From a virus, in the IMG/VR virus record IMGVR_UViG_3300025093_000009, positions 52,158 to 116,157 of that record: DNA of 64,000 bases. The stretch is one strand, 5' to 3'. The position numbers and the translations under genes are program-made. Shown piece by piece: positions 58,170-64,000 of this stretch. The notes under the pieces were generated by a model. It was given only the letters and a program-made list of their open reading frames with translations. It had not been told where the DNA came from and did not search any database. Each line of letters starts with the position of its first letter. The first letter of the stretch is position 1.

Positions 58170-58219
58170 ATGCTAAACTTTTAAAGTGTAAATATAGTAA
58201 ATTAATCTGACTCAGCAAA

Positions 58220-59053
58220 TTAAAATATATATCTTATTGTATTTAACGGGAAATATTTCTTATATATTCCCTTGAATTCATTCAGTAGTCTACTTTTGTG
58301 CTCTAGAGGATATCTCATAACACCTGATTGGTTCTTAACTTCATAAGAACGTCTCATCAACTCCTGGGCTTCTGGTGAAGCTTTAGCCATTTGATTTTTA
58401 TGATTTGTTAAGGCTATAACCTCACATTTTATGTCTTCATGTAAGGCTTTAACCTGACTAAACAAGTCATCATACTCTTCTTTCCATCCTGGATAGAATA
58501 CTAATGGACTATAATTAAGGTGCACTTCCCATCCCAACTCTTTGAGCCGATTAATATCAGCTATACGGCTCACTATCTTCTGCATCTTTGGTTCTAATAT
58601 ATTAGAATACTTCTGAGGCATAAGACTTACACGTACCCGTGGTGGTTTATTAAAGTGATTTACATCTAACTTCAACAATCCCGGATACTTGGTGGCCATA
58701 GTTGTATTAAGTTGAGGGTGATCATCATACCGTTTAAGATATTTAATCAAAGGCTCTGGCATATGCTTTTGCATCAGAACTAAATCTGAGTTACATGCAA
58801 TATCTACCATAGTATATATAGGGTCCTGCTGATCAGGTTCCTTATAATAGGTTTTTTCCCAATCAACTACAGACTGAAAGATCTGATCAACGTTTTCATT
58901 TACAAAAACTCTTTTACCATTATACCTAGACATATAACAATAGGTATCTACACAGCCACCAAAGCAACCATAGATTAAATTAGGAGCTATGCAGTTAGCG
59001 CTATTATTATTTGGTTTAGTAACAAGAGTTTTAGTCTTCTGAATCTTAATCAT
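58220..59053 (-). CDS. spore photoproduct lyase-like radical SAM enzyme
   Basis: 'GCFGGCVDTYCYM' cluster motif and 'DIACNSD', equivalent to SplB 'EAACTSD' with the H-donor Cys. Also 'RVRVSLMPQ..S..LEP'. Confidence 0.8.
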   Translation of the reverse strand: MIKIQKTKTLVTKPNNNSANCIAPNLIYGCFGGCVDTYCYMSRYNGKRVFVNENVDQIFQSVVDWEKTYYKEPDQQDPIYTMVDIACNSDLVLMQKHMPEPLIKYLKRYDDHPQLNTTMATKYPGLLKLDVNHFNKPPRVRVSLMPQKYSNILEPKMQKIVSRIADINRLKELGWEVHLNYSPLVFYPGWKEEYDDLFSQVKALHEDIKCEVIALTNHKNQMAKASPEAQELMRRSYEVKNQSGVMRYPLEHKSRLLNEFKGIYKKYFPLNTIRYIF

Positions 59054-59348
59054 CCTTTACGAACTGACCATTAACCATCTTACCTGTACGTTTTGCTATA
59101 ACATTATAAGCTGACTCAAGACAATCTTCTAGTTTGAGGCCTTGCATCTTAGCTTGAATGATCAGGGTAACCATAATATCACCCATAGCATCAATAATCT
59201 CTGCACGGTCATCACTATTGATAGCCGTGCAAAGTTCTGTTGTTTCTTCTAAAGTCTTCAGTGCCTGGGCCATAGGTGTGGCTTTAGCAAGAATACCCTT
59301 TTCTTCTGCCCAATGTTCAACTGCGCATTCTAATTCAAAATAATCCAT
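59046..59348 (-). CDS. MazG-like NTP pyrophosphohydrolase
   Basis: 'KTLEETTEL...EIIDAMGDIMVTL...AYNVIAKRTGKMVNGQFVK'. Confidence 0.85.
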   Translation of the reverse strand: MDYFELECAVEHWAEEKGILAKATPMAQALKTLEETTELCTAINSDDRAEIIDAMGDIMVTLIIQAKMQGLKLEDCLESAYNVIAKRTGKMVNGQFVKDD

Positions 59349-59352
59349 ATGT

Positions 59353-61344
59353 TTAAAATAATTTTAATTGATTTGTCTTTACATCTAGTATACTATTGAT
59401 TTCTGATTCAATAGCCTGCAGATAATAGCGCTTATCTATATTATAGTTTTCCCACTTTGGTGATAACTCCATCTTGTTAAAAACGGTTTGTAACCACCTG
59501 CCGGATTCTAATTGTATTTCACGCCCATCTGTTTTGTGTACTTTAATAATCTTTACACCATCTTTAGATATATAATATCTATTGATTTTCTGCAGTTTCT
59601 CTTCTGTAAAGGAACCATCTTTCATAAAACGTGCAACCTGTTGCCAATCACCTTTGGATTTACCACCTATACAATAGTCAAGAATATTTTTATTCTCTTC
59701 TAGATAGTCTTCTGGTAACTTATCATGTACAAAATACTGATATATAGCCTTTGGGATCACCAACTTAGACTTATTTTTATGCAACTGTAGGTTATGAAAA
59801 TCAAATCTACCTTTTAACTTAACTGGAGCATAACTAAACTTATCATTATCTACTTTAAATAGGTAATGAGGCTGAGCCTGCTTAATTTCTCTCCATTTAG
59901 TAATGTCTACATTAGTGAAATTGTTTACACCAATATAATTATTGACATCTGCTAAAACTAACTTTTGATATTCATCATGTTCAAGGTTTAAACTTGTAGC
60001 ATCTTCCCACTCTTTACATATCTGCATATATAAATCATAGTGCTCTCTAGGAATAATAGTTTCTACACCATCTGTATTCTGTAAAAGCGCTATAGCACCA
60101 GGAATTCTTTCCATGATTTGTTCATATAACATCATAAGAGTCAATTGACCATTAATTGTAATACGTAAACACAGCTCAGGATCATAAAAGAAGCTATTAG
60201 CATCATTGCTAAGACCAAAAGTAGAATTAAGTATAATCTTATATACATAGTTCATTGGATTGCTCTTAGGGATCTTCTTACGCTCTGTAAAGAACCACTC
60301 ATATTGATCACAAAACTCATCAACAGGGAAATGACCCGGTGACCATCTGTTCTTAATAGCAAGATTAGGATAGAAACTGGTAACATCTGAAGACATAATG
60401 ATCATATCATCATTAGATTCATAAACACCTTTCTCTGCAGCGCCATGTGCACCACCTAAACCAAAATGTGTTTTAACTCCCTTATAGTTTACACTATACT
60501 TAAATGCACCTTTTAAGTTTGTTGCATCTACCTCAAGTGATTTAAACCTTGCAAGTAAAGTTTGAAAGTCTGGAGATGTAAAAGAGATGTAAGGTAATAT
60601 TATATCAGAAACTTTTATTACAGAACGGTTTGTTCTCATAGTTCTAAGATCTCTCTTATGTATATTAAGTTTCTGACTTAAATAATAACCAAATAGTTCC
60701 TTACTTATTCTTGGTTCAGATGCATTAAATAAATTAATATTATATGTAGCTGTCAACTCCTTACGTAATTTTATCTGTGACTTAGATCTATTAAATATTT
60801 CTTTAGTAGATTTTACATCATTGATATTATACTCAAGAATTGTATCTATCTCTTCTAGTGTTGTTATCTCTGTGTCATGATTAATAGGCATATCAAGTAT
60901 GTTTTCCCAATCCATACTGTACTGAATCCATTTAAGACTAGATCTCTTAGCCGGATTGTCCCAGTGATGTAATTTAAAAACATCTATTTGGCCTATTTTC
61001 ATTTTCCATAATGCATAATCATGGAATTCTTTTGCATTAGATTTATTTATACAGCGTTGGGCATAAAGATAAATCTTGTTAGCAACCTCACAACCAGTCA
61101 ACTCTGACCAGTCCTGATGGTTATCTATTATATAATGAGTAACCTGTGCGTCAAACGCCATACCATTATATGATATGTGCCACTCTCTATTATTAAAGTT
61201 ATCTTCAAGGAAGGTAATGAAACTATCCAAATCATTTCTCAGATCATGAATCACAAAGACTTTAGTTTCTGTAGTCTTATAGTGTTCAAATACTCCTGTG
61301 AAACAATTCTTCAACGTTTCATAATCCATTACCCAATGTTTCAT
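59353..61344 (-). CDS. family B DNA polymerase (crAss-type)
   Basis: Exonuclease 'MDYE', 'YNG..FD' and 'YNINDV'. Polymerase motifs 'SDVTSFYPN', 'KIILNSTFG', 'NTDG'. Confidence 0.92.
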   Translation of the reverse strand: MKHWVMDYETLKNCFTGVFEHYKTTETKVFVIHDLRNDLDSFITFLEDNFNNREWHISYNGMAFDAQVTHYIIDNHQDWSELTGCEVANKIYLYAQRCINKSNAKEFHDYALWKMKIGQIDVFKLHHWDNPAKRSSLKWIQYSMDWENILDMPINHDTEITTLEEIDTILEYNINDVKSTKEIFNRSKSQIKLRKELTATYNINLFNASEPRISKELFGYYLSQKLNIHKRDLRTMRTNRSVIKVSDIILPYISFTSPDFQTLLARFKSLEVDATNLKGAFKYSVNYKGVKTHFGLGGAHGAAEKGVYESNDDMIIMSSDVTSFYPNLAIKNRWSPGHFPVDEFCDQYEWFFTERKKIPKSNPMNYVYKIILNSTFGLSNDANSFFYDPELCLRITINGQLTLMMLYEQIMERIPGAIALLQNTDGVETIIPREHYDLYMQICKEWEDATSLNLEHDEYQKLVLADVNNYIGVNNFTNVDITKWREIKQAQPHYLFKVDNDKFSYAPVKLKGRFDFHNLQLHKNKSKLVIPKAIYQYFVHDKLPEDYLEENKNILDYCIGGKSKGDWQQVARFMKDGSFTEEKLQKINRYYISKDGVKIIKVHKTDGREIQLESGRWLQTVFNKMELSPKWENYNIDKRYYLQAIESEINSILDVKTNQLKLF

Positions 61345-61496
61345 TTCTCTTTGGTGTTAAAGGTTTCTCTTTTGTTCTTTAGATATGTATATAAAGTTCT
61401 ACTAGTAATACCCAGGGCCTTAGCTGCTTCCTCCATTGTATCAAATCTTTTTAAAGCAATATTAATATGCTTTTCTCTCATTTCTTGTAACGTCAT
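61341..61496 (-). CDS. Fis-type helix-turn-helix protein, 51 aa (not in ORF track)
   Basis: MTLQEMREKHINIALKRFDTMEEAAKALGITSRTLYTYLKNK... fits the HTH_8 pattern (AA.LG..R.TLY). ATGA overlap with polB. Confidence 0.8.
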   Translation of the reverse strand: MTLQEMREKHINIALKRFDTMEEAAKALGITSRTLYTYLKNKRETFNTKEK

Positions 61497-61514
61497 ATAT
61501 TTTTTATTAGAGCC

Positions 61515-61540
61515 AAAAAAAGCCCAAATTAATGAGCTCT
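61515..61540 (-). terminator. intrinsic terminator-like hairpin
   Basis: Minus strand GAGCTCA-TTAATT-TGGGCTT followed by a T run, downstream of the 61578-61988 ORF. Confidence 0.55.
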
Positions 61541-61577
61541 CTTTGTCCAGGTTAGGCCGGATAGCTTAAGGGAAAAC

Positions 61578-61988
61578 CTATTGACCTGGCATAATGATAT
61601 TAGATACCTTTGTTTCTTTAACATCTACAAAGAATGAATCATAATCAAATGTGTCTGCATTTACAGCAAACATATGAATAAAAGTTTTGATATCATCCTT
61701 ATCACTCAAATAAAACTCAGAGAAAGTGTCAACTAGTCTTCTTTCTTCTTTAACAGTTTTACCCGTCTGTGGATTAGGTGTTTTAAGTCTCATTGGCTGA
61801 CCATTGTCATCCAACTTTGGTATCATGTGATACGATTGTTTCATCACTTTACTGATGACTGCTAAAATGCCTGACGAAGGGTCAAACATAGCTTCTACAT
61901 ATGGTGAGTCAATGCTCACTGGAATTAATGTAAATGATTTGGCGTTCCTAAAGCTAGAGTTAACTAGCATCATATTTTGTCCTATCAT
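61578..61988 (-). CDS. hypothetical protein (replication module)
   Basis: 136-aa ORF with a good start context. Confidence 0.7.
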   Translation of the reverse strand: MIGQNMMLVNSSFRNAKSFTLIPVSIDSPYVEAMFDPSSGILAVISKVMKQSYHMIPKLDDNGQPMRLKTPNPQTGKTVKEERRLVDTFSEFYLSDKDDIKTFIHMFAVNADTFDYDSFFVDVKETKVSNIIMPGQ

Positions 61989-61994
61989 AATTTG

Positions 61995-62573
61995 TTATTT
62001 ATTATGCAAAGATATAGAAGTATTTTTTAATAACTGGTCTAAAACATAATTATTATCAATTAATGTTTCTTTATCAAGATCAGGGGGTGTACAGACCTCA
62101 TATATCTTTTCAATATCACTTAAACTTACACCTAATTTTTCAGCATAATCATCATGGACTTCTTCTGGTTGTAAAAAGCCTTGAACATATGATGCTATTT
62201 TCTCTGTATTACCAAAGAAATCTAATATGTTGATTTTTGTATCTAAACTTAACTGACTATACTTTCCTTGTAAGAATTTTGTATAGTCATGTTTAAATTT
62301 AGAAAAATCATAAATAAATAGTTGTGCGTCTTCATTAAGTTGGATAGATTCTTCATATAAAGGATGACTAATTAAATTCTGCATAGCAAACTTGGTAAAC
62401 TTCTCAGTCTTTTTAGTTTGATATTTACAAAAGAATTTATAGTCACTGATAGAATAGACATTATCCCATGCAACATACGTTTGTATAGGTACATGGGTAA
62501 TGCCTTTCTTTATTTGTAGTAATGGATAAAGAAATACTTTACTTTTTTGAAAATATTCTGTATATACTCCCAT
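61995..62573 (-). CDS. hypothetical protein (replication module)
   Basis: 192-aa ORF coupled to the upstream nuclease. Confidence 0.7.
   Translation of the reverse strand: MGVYTEYFQKSKVFLYPLLQIKKGITHVPIQTYVAWDNVYSISDYKFFCKYQTKKTEKFTKFAMQNLISHPLYEESIQLNEDAQLFIYDFSKFKHDYTKFLQGKYSQLSLDTKINILDFFGNTEKIASYVQGFLQPEEVHDDYAEKLGVSLSDIEKIYEVCTPPDLDKETLIDNNYVLDQLLKNTSISLHNK
62007..62014 (-). promoter_or_regulatory. Bacteroidota -7 promoter element TATCTTTG
   Basis: TATCTTTGCA on the minus strand, 18 nt upstream of the 61988 start. No clean -33 element. Confidence 0.45.
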
Positions 62574-62574
62574 A

Positions 62575-63564
62575 CTATAATTTAACCTTATTTACTAAGA
62601 ATTCATAGGGTAATGTATAGTTATTTTCTGTATAATGATAATTAGCAGTTTTTAGTGTACCACTTAAACCATTGGCCCACTGGACCATAGATTCATTAGA
62701 TACAGGAAAAACATATACCTGATTATACTTATCTATAACTATAAATTTAAACTCAATAGTATAGTCATCTCTATCATCTCCTAAAGAATCATATACAAGT
62801 TTACTATAAATAGCAGCTTGTAACCAATAGTTATAAAAGTCAACACTTTCTCTAAATACATCTATAGTTTTACCAGAAGTTTTAAGATCACATATAGTTA
62901 CTGTCTTTGACTCAGAGTCAACACTATAATAATCTACATAGCCATGTAATTTAAATGGATAACCATCTAAATCAGAGACTAGATATTTTTCTGCAAAGTT
63001 TTGTATTGGATCTAGATCAAAGTCTGTTTGCTCATTTGCAAATAAACTCATGACTTCCATATTGTTCTTGATCACATTTACTTTTTCTACACAATCTCTG
63101 TATGTATCTTGATCAATAACATCCTTGGCATCATTAGATAAGAATTCCCAGTAAGGTTCATTGTCTTCTGTTCTAATCTTAGCTATACGTGCCTCATCCT
63201 GTTTAAGGGATTGGTATAGATTCATTTCCTTAAGTGAATCTAGGATCACAAAGTCTTCTACTTCAACTAACGTTTTAGCATCTGTATGTAAAGACATATT
63301 TTTTAGGACCTTTCTTACACTATCTGATGGTGTCTTACCGGGTACAATGTTAAACTTCTTAAGTAAGTTCTCAGGTTCAAACACTAAACAGTGTATCAGC
63401 TTACCTGATACAAGATGTTTATCTGTTTGAATCTCACGTTCTTTTAGAATATAGTCCTTATAAAATAAGGATGGTGAAAATAAAAGCTTATTAAGAGAGG
63501 AGTAGCTAAATGCAAAATCATTGTTTGCATAAAACTCTTCCTCTCTTTGGAGATCATGTTGCAT
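62575..63564 (-). CDS. PD-(D/E)xK exonuclease (RecB/Cas4/DUF3799-like)
   Basis: 'FSYSSL', 'GKLIHCL', 'LHGYVDY...ICDLKTS', 'YWLQAAIY'. Confidence 0.85.
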   Translation of the reverse strand: MQHDLQREEEFYANNDFAFSYSSLNKLLFSPSLFYKDYILKEREIQTDKHLVSGKLIHCLVFEPENLLKKFNIVPGKTPSDSVRKVLKNMSLHTDAKTLVEVEDFVILDSLKEMNLYQSLKQDEARIAKIRTEDNEPYWEFLSNDAKDVIDQDTYRDCVEKVNVIKNNMEVMSLFANEQTDFDLDPIQNFAEKYLVSDLDGYPFKLHGYVDYYSVDSESKTVTICDLKTSGKTIDVFRESVDFYNYWLQAAIYSKLVYDSLGDDRDDYTIEFKFIVIDKYNQVYVFPVSNESMVQWANGLSGTLKTANYHYTENNYTLPYEFLVNKVKL

Positions 63565-63999
63565 CTATATTATATTTTCTGTTAATTCTTCGTCCAAGAG
63601 TAAAGAATCTAGATCTATCTTAAATACCTTGGAACTGCTACCCACTAGATCTTTTAGTAATGTGTTATACAACTTATTACGTGTATGATCTACTGCAAAC
63701 TTAGTTAATTTTCTGTCTTCAGCCAACTTTTTAATGAAGTTATTAAAAGAATAGATGTTGGTTGTGCAGCGCCCACCTTCATAATTCTTCATTCTCTTCC
63801 TGAAAGCTTTGACATTAACGCTATTCCAGTTATTAGTATTCTTGAACCAATCAAAGTTCCAATAGTATACACCGGATACAACATCAAATGATTTATTAAT
63901 ATTACAGTTTGCTAGCATCTCTACAGCTAATGATCTATTATCTATATCATCACTTTGTATCATACTCTCAATACGATCATACTCATCATTTGAAATGAT
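63565..63999 (-). CDS. 5'-truncated hypothetical protein
   Basis: The frame stays open from the track's ATG (63963) to the window end. Confidence 0.65.
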   Translation of the reverse strand: MISNDEYDRIESMIQSDDIDNRSLAVEMLANCNINKSFDVVSGVYYWNFDWFKNTNNWNSVNVKAFRKRMKNYEGGRCTTNIYSFNNFIKKLAEDRKLTKFAVDHTRNKLYNTLLKDLVGSSSKVFKIDLDSLLLDEELTENII

Positions 64000-64000
64000 A

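Noticed and set aside
44546-61344. Inteins or group I introns in nrdA, nrdB or polB
   Set aside because: All three are compact and continuous, with catalytic motifs at normal spacing.
61177-61569. 130-aa plus-strand ORF overlapping the polB start
   Set aside because: It is antisense to polB and to the much more convincing Fis-like ORF at 61341-61496.
1-64000. Stop-codon reassignment (TAG>Gln or TGA>Trp) as in some crAss-like phages
   Set aside because: Very long ORFs are intact in code 11, and TAG and TGA both serve as real stops at coupled gene junctions (e.g. 42729, 47811, 61341).
1-64000. tRNA genes, CRISPR array, DGR/reverse transcriptase, integrase or IS elements
   Set aside because: No cloverleaf, regularly spaced repeat, RT or recombinase/transposase motifs seen by eye. 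Intergenic gaps are short. tRNAscan was not run.

Overview
This window is about 64 kb of an AT-rich, gene-dense crAss-like (Crassvirales-type) phage genome read in the standard genetic code. The host is most likely a Bacteroidota (Flavobacteriia-like) bacterium, judged from TAnnTTTG promoter elements, absence of Shine-Dalgarno sites, a class Id-type RNR and a T9SS-like tail. The plus strand 1-40.8 kb carries tail ring/muzzle genes, several virion cargo proteins and a 4567-aa virion RNA polymerase (DFDID motif plus zincin). 40.8-44.6 kb is a cluster of signal-peptide, membrane and lipoprotein genes. 44.5-47.2 kb is an inverted nrdB-nrdA pair. 47.4-56.5 kb holds small basic proteins, a holin and fibre proteins. 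56.5-64 kb on the minus strand is a replication/nucleotide module (dNTP pyrophosphatases, DUF932, spore-photoproduct-lyase-like radical SAM enzyme, PolB, Fis-like HTH, PD-(D/E)xK nuclease). The best candidates for undescribed biology are three. (1) A short K-Φ/A-Q/K-x-G-G-E-like motif occurs about 25 times, brackets the modules of the cargo proteins (including a pre-toxin TG domain with a putative toxin and several cell-wall hydrolases) and is the main recurring feature of two tiny basic proteins. (2) A phage-encoded envelope module combines an OM beta-barrel, a CxxC-less periplasmic thioredoxin fold, a T9SS-tailed secreted protein and lipoproteins. (3) The phage encodes a spore photoproduct lyase with an atypical Cx3Cx4C motif. 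All family assignments come from motif recognition by eye, not from database searches.
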